Positions 21,488-32,225 of a DNA stretch of 64,000 nucleotides are shown here, piece by piece (position 1 is the stretch's first letter; every line of letters begins with the position of its first letter). This DNA comes from Mitosporidium daphniae (lineage: Eukaryota). Location of the stretch: contig NW_013546722.1 of assembly GCF_000760515.2 (NCBI RefSeq), positions 1 through 64,000 of the forward strand. Direction: 5' to 3'. The notes below the pieces were generated by a model. That model ran no database searches. It worked only from the letters and a program-made list of their open reading frames with translations, and was not told the origin of the DNA. Made by a program: the position numbers and the translations under genes.

Positions 21488-24400
21488 CTACCAATCAAAC
21501 TCGAATTTCTCCATCAAGTCCGAAACCTCCTTGACCTCTTTTTGAGCCTTTTTCCGCATGTAAAAGATGGGACAGTCCTTTGAAGTGCAAAGAACGTCTT
21601 GATGCAACGAGCCCTGGCAGCGTTGGCATTGGGTCCAGAGCCGGTTAAATTTAATCTCGGTCTGCTTAAGCATGTCTACATGTTTCAAATAAAACTTTGG
21701 CAGTTCTGGACGGCAGAACTTGCAAACCAACTTTTCTACAAATAAGTGCAAACATCGACACAACCTTCTTTCGCAAGCGGGGCCTTGCATCCAAGACAAG
21801 ACTCGGTCTTGACAGCAAATTTCCTCAATGCGCCAAGTGTGGGGACCGCTACATGAATGGTTCTTGTATGGTCTCCGGCTATGCCAAAATGAGAGAAAAA
21901 CTATACCAAGAAGCTCATCTGCATGCTTAATGACGGGCTCGAATATTCTAAGCAATGGCTTAGAAAGCTGATTCTCAAGATAGTATTTTGTGTCGATTGG
22001 AATGTTATGCTCAAGCACATAGAGGGGATCTTCCGATTTCTCATAGGCAGCGGCACCTTAAGGGTAGAGACAAATAATGCGAAAACCTTTTGTGGATTTG
22101 GTGATGACATAGGCAACACGATCCCCCAAAGATGGGGCCGAGCCTGCATCTCGCTTTCTCATTTTTTCGGCAAGCTCGACATGGGCTTGTTTGCCGGCAT
22201 AGCTTTCCCCCGATTTTGTCAAAGCCTTTGTGATCACCAACAGAGAAATATCGATTTTGTTTTGCAAAAGATCTGAAATCACTTGCTTTGCATATTGCTT
22301 AGCGCCTTCAACATCTCTATCGATCAGAATCTTATTAAGGCAAGTCTGGATCAGTGTTTGAACAAGTGGGCAATTGTCCCTTCTGACGGTCTCGATTCCC
22401 TTGGCATCAATTTTGTCATAAGAGTGGGGATTGGACCAATAAAGCCCAGCATATCGTTTTTTGTTGATCAAAAGATATGGAAAATATGCCTTTTCAAACT
22501 CCAATCTAATTGGATATTTGAACGAAGAGGAAACAAAGTTTGCAGCATGGCGACCTTGCAGAAATAAAAGGGATCCAAGCTTACCTAACTCCATGGTCTT
22601 TGCGAGATCTGGAGCGCCAAAATTGATCATGACAGAGTCTGTGTCTCCATAAATCACCTTGGCGTTCGCATCATATCCATTCTCGATGGTATATGCCTTT
22701 TCAACCATCTACAAAAAATGGGCGTTATGCGTTTTTACCTCCTTTGTCAGGTCAATCATTTGTCTGCCAAACGAAGTGGTAGACTGGGATATTTGAATGC
22801 ACGGAAGCTTGCCAACGGTTGCACCAGTGAATCCATATACAGAATTAGCGCTAATTTTCAATGCCAATTGACGCCCATCAAGCACTGCCTTGCGGAATCG
22901 ATCATTCTCGCTTTTCAAATCGTTTTTTGCCCTTTTCCGCGCCTCAAGAAGATCTTCTAAAATTTGGGGAAGAAGCCCTTTTCTAACATGACTGGCGACA
23001 AAGTAGTCTCCCGAAGGTGTGCGAATGTAATCGGACGGAGACAGATTGAGCTTCGTAATTGAAGAGGCATCCAGAAGAGTCGTATAGCATAAATTGTGGG
23101 CCATCATAATGGATGGGTACAGGGATGCAAAGTCAAGTGTAGCAATGGGAATATCATAATAGCCCTTAATTGGCTCTATCACGGTAGCACCTTCATATTG
23201 CTCGTCAGACCCTGCTTATAAGTTTTGATGCAAACCTTCTGTCCTGAGAGCAGGAACCACATAGCCTTCTTCAGATGCCTTGCGATATAGCTGCGAAATA
23301 ACCCGAATTTGCTGCCCTCGCTGGAGGATAAAGTTAAATGGGATCCCAGTAACTCGAGCCATTTCAATGTAGTTTACCAGCGACATCAGTCGATCAATCA
23401 GCCGCTGCGGCAGTAAAGCATCCTGAAATGAGATCAAGACGGCAAACCTTTAGGCAATACACAGCCAAACGCCTCCTCGTTTCGGAATTTCCATTTTGAA
23501 GGTCTGTGATTATGGAGTGATGGACATCTTCTTTTTGCTCGCCCAAAAAATGGGCACAAACCGAATTGAGCGAATATGAACGAAGCTTATAATCTCTTTG
23601 GATGACTTGGATCATATCCAAAATGACACGTCCATCAATAGAAATTTCTTTAGACTCTCTGGTTCCATATGCTTTGCTGGAAAAGATGGAATCCCTTGAT
23701 TTTGTCCGCAAGGCCGGAATGCGGCCAAGAAAGGGGAAAGAGGTTTCGCGCAGCGTATGGGCGCGATCCAGCAAATAATTCAAGTCAAAGTTGTTGATGT
23801 TATACCCGGTGATGATATCTGGATCGAGCGTCCTAACGAACTGCGACCAAGCAGCGAGCATATCCGCCTCATTAGCAAATGAGAGGACCTCTGCTCCTGC
23901 AATCTGGCTGCAGGTGTTCAAAGTGAAAATAACGCTAACTCTAGGCATCCCCTCTCCATGGACGCTGAAGACATTTCCAATTTGAATGACAGCATCGATA
24001 TGGGGCTCAGGAAAGATGCCCTTTCTTCCGGCACACTCAATGTCAAAAGAGAGAATGCGCAAAGGCGGTACAGTTGCATGTATACCATCCGGTGTAAAGC
24101 TAATGATCTTGTCAAATGTAGTATCTATTTCAATTTGACATAATGAAGTCAGGTGCTCCTTTTGAGTACGAACAATATAATTTTTTTGGTCGATCTCAAT
24201 CCAATTCATTCCCGTCAGCTAATGGTTACCACATACAAGACCATTTACCTTGCAATCGATCATAAATCTCAGCAAAAAAGGAATATTGCTCTCAAAAGTC
24301 TGATATGCAACCTTTTCACCGCTGGAATACACAAATCCGCTTTCCAGGATTTTCTTTGCCGTATTGATTGCAGTGGGCGAGGTAACTGAAATGCGCAAAA

Positions 24401-25011
24401 AGGAACATGGCTCCACGTCGGTGTACCCATAAATTGATTTCTTTTTCACAAGCCGTACGTCAACTACGGTCTTTGAGTAACTCTTTTGATTTTGTTCCTT
24501 AAATGCCCGCTAACGGCCTAGTTATTTGAGAATCAAACCTCCAAGGCTTCCTGAAAAAGCTGGCAATGGCTGGGCAAAAAGTTTTCCGACGGCGTCCGAA
24601 CATAGAAATAGGGAAGAAATCCATGCAGGTGGCAGAGCACACTTTGTTCTTTTTCCGTTACGCCAAACAATCGGAAAATAGGCACTAGTCCGATTCCTGG
24701 AAACCCAGAAGCAACCTCTTCCAATGGGGAGTCCATGATAAAATCAATCTCAATGTGCATAAATCCTTTAAATAAAGAAAAGTTTCAAGCTTACGAATTC
24801 GTCCCAGTTTTTCAAGCTCAACTTGGGGCCGAGAGGTACAATTTAACAATGTACTGGGAAGAAGATTTCTAGAAGATACCGAGCTGATGATTAACGATGA
24901 TGCTGAAATAAGCTTTTACACGAACATACCCTTGTCAAATGTACTTGAAGCACACTCTTCTTCATAGCGCTCTTCATTCACGAAATAACTTGCCTCATCT
25001 TCGTCGTGCAT
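21488..25011 (-). CDS. POL3: DNA polymerase delta catalytic subunit (about ten short introns)
   Basis: SFDIEC (exonuclease), [30 protein letters not shown]-terminal [10 protein letters not shown]...C..KDCPIFY. Confidence 0.97.
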
Positions 25012-25105
25012 CGGTCGACCTCGTATAAAATTGGGATGGCCAAATTAAATAACGTACAAACACTAACCCTACAGCAAGTTTTAATTCTTTTTAAATTTTA
25101 TTGCC

Positions 25106-25621
25106 ATGCCCAAGAACAAGGGTACTTCCCAAAAAACGGCATCTCACTACTCGTTTAGGAAAGGGAGGAAAAAATCGCAGGCGAGGAAAAAACGAAAACG
25201 AGAGCTCAAAGCGCGAGCTGATATACAAAAGCGAGGGCCAAGGTACGCAATTAGTCTAAAATTATCAGTCTATGGCCAGGTCACTCGTATGCTTGGGTCT
25301 GGACGCCTCGAGGTGTACTGTTTTGATGGTCAGACAAGGCTAGCGCATATACGCGGAAAGCTGCGCAAGAAAGTATATGCCATTGTTATTACTGCGTAGG
25401 TATGGATAAACCAAGGAGACATTGTGCTGATTTCGTTGCGAGATTTTCAAGAGGACAAGTGCGACGTATTGCTCAAGTATACTCCGGACGAAGCACGAGT
25501 TTTGAAGCAGATTAAAGAGATTCCAGAAGGGGCCAAGATCAACGAAAACGACATGCAAGGTCCTGGTGGTGACGACGAATGCGTCTTTGAGTTTGAGGAG
25601 GACGACATTGACGACATCTAA
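25106..25621 (+). CDS. TIF11: Translation initiation factor eIF1A (3 introns)
   Basis: Spliced [18 protein letters not shown]...[15 protein letters not shown], acidic tail. Confidence 0.95.
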
Positions 25622-25788
25622 ATCCAACAAATAAACTAAGGGCCTTTCAGCCGGCCAAAATAATAGTGAACAGGGTTCATTGAGACCAAAAACTCGGGCC
25701 TTATATTTAAAAAGTCGGACCACCTGGAATTGTGGTATGGAGGCCTCAAACAAGTGGCTTCCAAGGGTTGGATTTCGTATTAAATTTT

Positions 25789-27081
25789 ATGTCGACATCG
25801 AAAAAACGCCCCAGGGAAGCCGAAACGCAACCCGACGCCTCCAGGATGATGGACCGTTCAGCAGTGCTTCCTCGGCCGCTCTTTCCTTCCACGAAGATCA
25901 ATCAGCATGAAGGGGGCCGTGGCCCCAGACATTTCTCATCATCCTCCTCGACCCCAAAATCATCTCCATCTGTATTGTTGATGTCACGAGAGAACCCATA
26001 TTTATCTGAGGGAATGCGACCATCTGGTCAGAGAAAAACTCACCGCAAGCTGCAATTCAATGAACCCGGTCGCTTCGCTAGCGAAGCTGAGGCAGATAGA
26101 AAAGCGGCCAAGCTAGCATCCCTGTCGCGCTCTATCGAGCAGCGGCTTGGAGATGACCAGGTGCTTTCGGATGCCATTCTGGCAATGGCCAGGGAGGCTA
26201 CTCCAGACGTAGAATGGTGGGATGAGCCTTTTGTTGCTTCCGACAGCAATTTTCTGATTAGCAGCAAAGTATTCCATCTTCCACCTATGCCAGCAGGCGC
26301 GCCACAACCCATTCCTATCGTGAAGCCCATGATGCTTACACGAATAGAACAGAGGAAGCTCCGTCGACATCGCCGCCTCGAGGCACAGAAAGAGAAGCGT
26401 GAACAGATCAGGCTTGGGCTGTTACCGCCAGAAGAGTCTAAATGTAATTGGTTAGCATCATGACATGTAGTGAAAATGTCGAATTTTATGAAGGTCCTTG
26501 GGCCTATCGCGCTGGAGGAGCCCACGCGTGCTGAGGCCCTTGTGCGCCGACAAATCCGCGAGCGCACAGCAAAGCATGAGCAAGCGAATGCAGAACGAGC
26601 ACTCACAGACGAGCAGCGGCGCATCAAAAAAATTGAATATTGGCGGCAGCTTGGCGGTGGTACCCTTTCCGCTGGCTCACCACTGGTCCATATTGCTGCG
26701 TTCCAGACGCCACCTCTGGGTTCAAAAGAGCGGTTTAAGCTCATTGCCAATGGGGGGCAGATGCAGCTCCATGGCCTATTACTACGGCTACCTGACAGAG
26801 GCTTGATAGTGGTGGAGGGTTCCCTTCGCGCAATCACCCATTACAGAAAGTTGTTGACTGTGCGGATGAAATGGCAGCCGGGAAAGCCTGGAGAGGAAGA
26901 GACAGAAGTTTCTGCACGGCTCTTCTGGCAAGGTACAGCGGCGAAGCCGAGCTTCCAGCGTCTTGCTTGGGTCGAATGTGCATCTTATGGCGAGGCACGC
27001 ATAATGCTAAAGGAGGCCGGCTTCGAGCATATATTGAAGACGGCCCCAGAAGACGCTCCAGAGGCTGCCCCCGCCATTTAA
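25789..27081 (+). CDS. PRP3: U4/U6 snRNP protein Prp3 (intron 26444-26470)
   Basis: PDVEWWD, LT..EQRKLRR.RR.E..KE..E.IRLGL.PP, MSNFMKVLG, HE..N.ER.LT. Confidence 0.92.
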
Positions 27082-27258
27082 TTGGCGAAAGAAATCACAC
27101 CAAGGAAATCTCAATTGTAGAACTTGGGGAAGATAAAGTTACAGTAAATTCACCTCGTATTTATTACAAAACCCATGTTTTATTGTCCATCAGCGTATGG
27201 GTGGGATTGTCGCCAGTTTTATTTTTCATTAGCCGACGATTGGGGATTTTCGCGAGTT

Positions 27259-27906
27259 TTATTCATATTCATAGACAGGTTGGCGTTCGCAGGTGACGGC
27301 TTCGGGAGATTCGCAGCTTACAATGTGAAATTTATCCGAATCGGAGAGACATAGCGTCTCGGTTATGTACAATTTTGAGACATCTCCAACCATATAAAAA
27401 TACTCGTTAAGGCCAAAGCCAGCTGAATAAGTACCTAAAGGTGGGCAGTAGAATGAGACACGATCTCCACTGCTCATATTATATTGGCCAGGTTCATCAT
27501 CGTACAAGGTATTGGGGAACAGTGGAGCGTAACTATCAGATGGCGTTGATGGTGGGCTCTTCACATCAAATTTTTCTTTAAGTACAGAGAGTCTTCCTCC
27601 GCAAGGCATTTGGTAAGCTTTATCGACAAGACCAACAGCACTAAGGGTCGAGTGAAAGATGCCTTGACGTTTCAGTGGAGAGATGATACCATCGACCCAC
27701 AAGATCGTTTTCCGATCGTCTATTTCACGCCATGAAAGAGGATTTTGATTGTAGTGCAGTATGCCTATAATTGCCAGACATTGGTACTTATCAGTGCCTC
27801 CTTCGCGGGAAGTCTTGCATAGTTTGAATTTCAGAGTGCAAATGCAAATTTGAAAACATAGGAAAATTGAAAGTATCAGGCAAATGATCTGCACATTTCT
27901 GAGCAT
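27259..27906 (-). CDS. Secreted Cys-rich hypothetical protein, 215 aa
   Basis: Hydrophobic N-terminal signal, multiple Cys, intronless intact ORF. Confidence 0.7.
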   Translation of the reverse strand: MLRNVQIICLILSIFLCFQICICTLKFKLCKTSREGGTDKYQCLAIIGILHYNQNPLSWREIDDRKTILWVDGIISPLKRQGIFHSTLSAVGLVDKAYQMPCGGRLSVLKEKFDVKSPPSTPSDSYAPLFPNTLYDDEPGQYNMSSGDRVSFYCPPLGTYSAGFGLNEYFYMVGDVSKLYITETLCLSDSDKFHIVSCESPEAVTCERQPVYEYE

Positions 27907-28027
27907 TGTTTATTTCTGATAATGACCCACGTGTAGGTGGCACGTTGACAACTCCGACTTTATTTGAACACATGTAGACCAATGGGAGGGATTGGAAATT
28001 TTCAAAGTTTTGCAATTTTTCAAAAAA

Positions 28028-28857
28028 TTATTTACTTTGCGCTGGGAGATAACTTTGGATGGCCTGCATTTGGGTTTCAGTTAAAGAGGCCCCCATGTTG
28101 CATATGGTATCATGTGCTGCTTTCAGTAAAACCCTAAAAATAATCAAATTGCTTACTGGTTCCAGGGCTCCTTCAGCTGCAACTGGGCAAGCATGGCAAA
28201 GGTTGCTTGGACATCGTAAAGGAGCGCTTCGCCCGATATCATTTCCAATCCGGGAATGACCGCGCATGCTATGGTCATTTTTTTAGAAACTGCACCGTGT
28301 TTTTCGAAGGCTGCTGTGGGGTCTGCTTGCTGGCTTTGCATAAGAATTTCACACGTGGCCTGCTGGAGCATCGTTACGATTTCCAATATCAGCTCCTTAA
28401 AACAATTGTCAAAGTCAGAGGAGAAATCCACGCGTTGAAAAAGAACGAGCCCAGGCTCTCCCCACAGCTCGGAATGTAGGTGGTCAAGGGAGGAAAGTAT
28501 CTGGGCTAGTAATCTGATTTTGAGAACGCTTGTTTTGGTCTCGACCTTCACCCTTGCAATTATGGCGCATGCTATTGAAAGGGCTTGGTTTAAAATTGAC
28601 TTTGGGATCTTTTTTTCGTACTCCAGAAGCACAACAGAGTCAAACTTCAGCATTTTACCAATTTTGCTGATCTCCCGCATCAGTATGGTGACCTCCTCAA
28701 ATGAGGAGCGGATGGAGATTACGACCATCCCAAGATCACTTTCAATCGATACGAGACCGCTCATTGCCAGCTCGAATTTCTTTTGAACACTCTCCTGCAG
28801 TATGGGAAGCGAATATTGCAGTAGCACTTGTCTAGCAGCGTCACCGATTGGGGGCAT
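28028..28857 (-). CDS. Hypothetical helical protein (intron 28134-28156)
   Basis: A 23-nt GTAAGC...TTAG intron extends the 234-aa ORF to a stop at 28028. AAATTT lies directly before the ATG. Confidence 0.7.
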
Positions 28858-29013
28858 AAATTTTACATTTTAATTAATTGGCCACTTTATGTTTTGATCC
28901 AAAAGAGGCAAAAATCAGTGCCTCTGGATTTTCACAAACTGAGACATCTTTATTTGCTGACCAAGTGCAGCCATCATGTATCGGCTAAACGAGACATATT
29001 CATAGATCCAAGT

Positions 29014-29403
29014 TTACTTTTGCACCGATGATTGTGTCCCATGCGTATGGAGCCAGGCAGCATCTTCCCAAACGGGTTTTGCAGCCGAGGCGGTACTCAT
29101 ATTGGAGGCGATTTGCCGCAACATTGCGGGGTTTGCAATGGAAGCGCGAATGGGTCTTCCATTGATCTCACTTCTATGCATATTGTCAATGGCTGCAAGC
29201 GCATCCTCTTTACACTCATATTGTACGAGTGCGAATTTTGGGGCACCGGATCCGCCGGGAAGCGGAGGAAGGATGATATCCGATATTTCACCATATGGGA
29301 TAAAAGCAGCATGCAGCAGAGACTCATCTGTGCCCTCCGCAAGTCCTGTGACATACACTGTTTGTAGGTGATCGAGATCAAGTACAGATGACCCGATTTC
29401 CAT
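29014..29403 (-). CDS. RRM-only protein related to the cyclophilin E (PPIE/Cyp33) N-terminus
   Basis: VYVTGLAE..DE.LLHAAFIPYGEI.DI...AIDNM..SEI.GR.IR...KPVW....WL. No cyclophilin domain. Confidence 0.85.
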   Translation of the reverse strand: MEIGSSVLDLDHLQTVYVTGLAEGTDESLLHAAFIPYGEISDIILPPLPGGSGAPKFALVQYECKEDALAAIDNMHRSEINGRPIRASIANPAMLRQIASNMSTASAAKPVWEDAAWLHTHGTQSSVQK

Positions 29404-29519
29404 GAGATTTAAAAAATTAAATTAAAATTGCCATCCACGCCGATATGCGATCCAGAGGTCCAAATCACAATGCATATCAAGAGTAGCGGCCTCTTTCATA
29501 ACAAATGCCGGTTTCCAGG

Positions 29520-29727
29520 CTATTTTTTATTCATTTGTTCCTTTGCTTTGTCTTTTATTTCGCCAAGTAGCGATGATGGCTCCTTTTTCGGGCAAAATTT
29601 ATTGCACATGCCATCCATATAAGACTTGATCTAACACCATCACATCACACACGTTTACCTGCTCGTTTTTCATGGCGAAGACACCTCCACATGCACCGAT
29701 AATGGCACCAAATATAAATTCCTTCAT
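29520..29727 (-). CDS. 59-aa microprotein with an N-terminal glycine-zipper TM helix (intron 29631-29658)
   Basis: Spliced: MKEFIFGAIIGACGGVFAMKNEQIKSYMDGMCNKFCPKKEPSSLLGEIKDKAKEQMNKK*. Phase-0 28-nt GTAAAC...TTAG intron. Confidence 0.7.
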
Positions 29728-30024
29728 GGAAAGATAAAGAATTCACAAATTGCCATTGATGTTAATCTGCATCCCGACCGATATGATTGGTCGGTCTTCA
29801 ATCAATCAAATTCCCATCCTGGAATGGGCTCTTCCTTCAACAAGGCCAATACAAACCCATGCCATATAGGGTGCTAAAAGATAACACCGGTGCACTAGTG
29901 CAAAAAGAAGAGCATCCGTTGAACATTGAGCGGCTCAAATCAATTGCTGGAAGGGAGCAAGAGCCATCCTGCTCATAAATTTATTGTGCGCAACTTTTTG
30001 GAGTAAATTAGTTGGCCTATAGAT

Positions 30025-31412
30025 TCACAGATCTGGGCGCTCGCGCACTAACCGTTGAAGGTTCTGGGATAGCGAGCTGGAATCAACGAGGTTCGTTTCT
30101 GAACTGCGTTTCAGATGCTTCTCAACCTGCTCACGCCATTTTGGATCAAGTAGCTCAAGACGGACGTGCTCAGCCATTTCAGAGATCGGTATACGCTGCT
30201 TGCATCGAGGACAAATTTGAGACGTAGATGCCGCCGCAGAAAGGTTCTTTAAAGCCATGGCTCGTGGGAGATATTCATGCTCAATTTCTTCGTCTCCAGA
30301 TGAGATGGCCATCTCTGCATCATCCTCTTTTAAGGCAATGTCAATCTTGGGTTCTTCCTCTTCTGAGGAGGAAGAAGATATTGACATTTCTGTAGTCTCT
30401 TCACGGGTCACAGATCGTATCGTTTGTTGAGGCGTCGACCCAACAGAGAGCAGCAGATTGGTGATCAGCTGCCGTTGCTGAATTAGGGGCAGTCCACAAA
30501 AGTGGTCAAGATTCATAGCAAGCGGTGCAGCATATGCAGCCGTCTCTGGGGCATCTGCCCATCGCTCCGGAAGTACAATCCGCTCGACGACACAAAAGTC
30601 ACTCCAATCCGTTTCAAGAAAAAGAGCTCGGTCGCGCTTGGCCTCTGCCTCGATTGCTGCTTCGCGGTCTGCCGCTGTCGATTTATACACAACTCGTTGT
30701 TGGGAGTTAGCTAGAATCTACGGGTGAGACAAAAAATCTTACCGCTTGGAAGCTCATTTCAGACAGCCGTAATATTAATGCTGCAGATGGTGCCATGCAC
30801 CTGGTATATGCCTCTACTAGTCTTGCAAAAAAAGGATAGAGAATCGAAGTGTTTTTTAGGAACTCAAATTGTGGATTTGTAGCCTCGCGCTCGGCAACCA
30901 TCCCAACGAAGGCTCGGCCATTTCGCGCGGCGAATAGCGCAGTAAGAGAGATAATCTGGCGCATAAGAATGCTCATCGGTGGTGGCTGCAGAATTTCTTC
31001 GGTCCCTTCCATCCCCTTTGTTGAGTAGTAAAGCTTGGCAAAGTCAAGCGAACGAGGTGGAGGGATGGTCGGCGTTGACGAGAGGGTCTTCCTGGGAATT
31101 GTCGGTGCGATTGTCGGTAATGAATCAGTTGGTGAATTGCGCTCCATTTCTCGAGGCTGTTGAACAGACCCGGTGAGCGACTGTGTCCGCAGCTCAACCA
31201 CCTTTGCATCGTAGTATGGGCGATATGGATCCGTTATCTGCAGAAAAGAAAACTTTGGATTCCCTCGCTCATTTTCGACAATTCTGGTTTCAAACGAAAG
31301 TCCGTTTCTCGCCACAAAGAGTGCAGTTTTATCAATAATGCCTAGTGGATAAACACTACGATTCGGTACCTCGAAGCGGCAGAGGTGGCAGTATCACAGA
31401 GGGAGCCTCCAT
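30025..31412 (-). CDS. PRP21: Splicing factor SF3A1/Prp21 (two SURP domains, 2 introns)
   Basis: IIDKTA.FVARNG..FE, TALF.ARNGR.F...NPQFEFL, DWSDF.VVE.I, E..EHVR.ELLDPKW.EQ. Confidence 0.92.
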
Positions 31413-31486
31413 CGAGCCTAAATATTTAAAATAAAATTTAAATTTACAAATCCATCTGCAACGGATATTTTTATTAATCGATCAAG

Positions 31487-31663
31487 GTAGGTAGCGTTCT
31501 TTATGTCTGTTTTCATCCATCGTTTCGGATAATCTGCGGTCATGCATGGTCCATAGGAATATGGACATTTTAGATGTCTTTATATCCTATTGTCGTATAT
31601 CACTGGCTCGCAATTATTTTAGCTCTTTGCTCTATCAATTTATAATTTGATATCTCATTGTAG
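31487..31663 (+). other. Probable 5'-UTR intron of RPL32 (177 nt), AG abuts the ATG
   Basis: AG|GTAGGT ... TTGTAG|ATG. Confidence 0.7.
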
Positions 31664-32056
31664 ATGGCCGCCAAGATCCCGATCATAAAGAAGCGCACAA
31701 AGAAGTTTATCCGCCATCAGTCAGATCGCTTTACATCAGTCAAGCCTTCATGGAGACGCCCAAAGGGTATTGATAATCGCGTGCGCCGTCGTTTTTCTGG
31801 ACAGATCCAGATGCCAAAAATTGGTTTTGGCTCTAACAAGCTCACCAAATTTTTGATGCCAAATGGTCTCCGTCGATTCGTTATCCGGAACGTAAAGGAG
31901 CTAGAGCTGTTGATGATGCACAACAGCACCTATGCTGCCGAAGTTGCTCACAATGTTTGCGCACAAAAAAGACTTGCGATTGTTAATCGTGCACGTGAGC
32001 TGAACGTCAAGCTGACCAATGGCTATGCCCGTCTGCAGATTTCAGAAGCTGCCTAA
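31664..32056 (+). CDS. RPL32: 60S ribosomal protein L32 (eL32)
   Basis: [14 protein letters not shown]...[15 protein letters not shown]. Confidence 0.98.
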   Translation: MAAKIPIIKKRTKKFIRHQSDRFTSVKPSWRRPKGIDNRVRRRFSGQIQMPKIGFGSNKLTKFLMPNGLRRFVIRNVKELELLMMHNSTYAAEVAHNVCAQKRLAIVNRARELNVKLTNGYARLQISEAA

Positions 32057-32225
32057 TCACTAATATAAACTTGAACCAGAGCTATTTTCATATTAACACG
32101 GGCAATCTTGACCGCAACCATTGGTGCTCCATTATGATGAGTACATTTTTTGATGCTACCATGCGACGTCATCGTCAGGCTAGCTAACAGAGACCTATTG
32201 GGGAATATGTGGTCCCAATGGAGCT

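Noticed and set aside
9480..31412. Apparent cluster of splicing factors (SF3B6, WBP4-like, PRP3, PPIE-RRM, PRP21)
   Set aside because: They are interspersed with unrelated genes, as expected in a reduced genome dominated by housekeeping genes.
32126..32224. 8-bp inverted repeat (gctccatt/aatggagc) with ATGATGA just inside, suggesting a C/D snoRNA
   Set aside because: No CTGA D box next to the 3' stem, and an alternative local hairpin explains the 3' arm.
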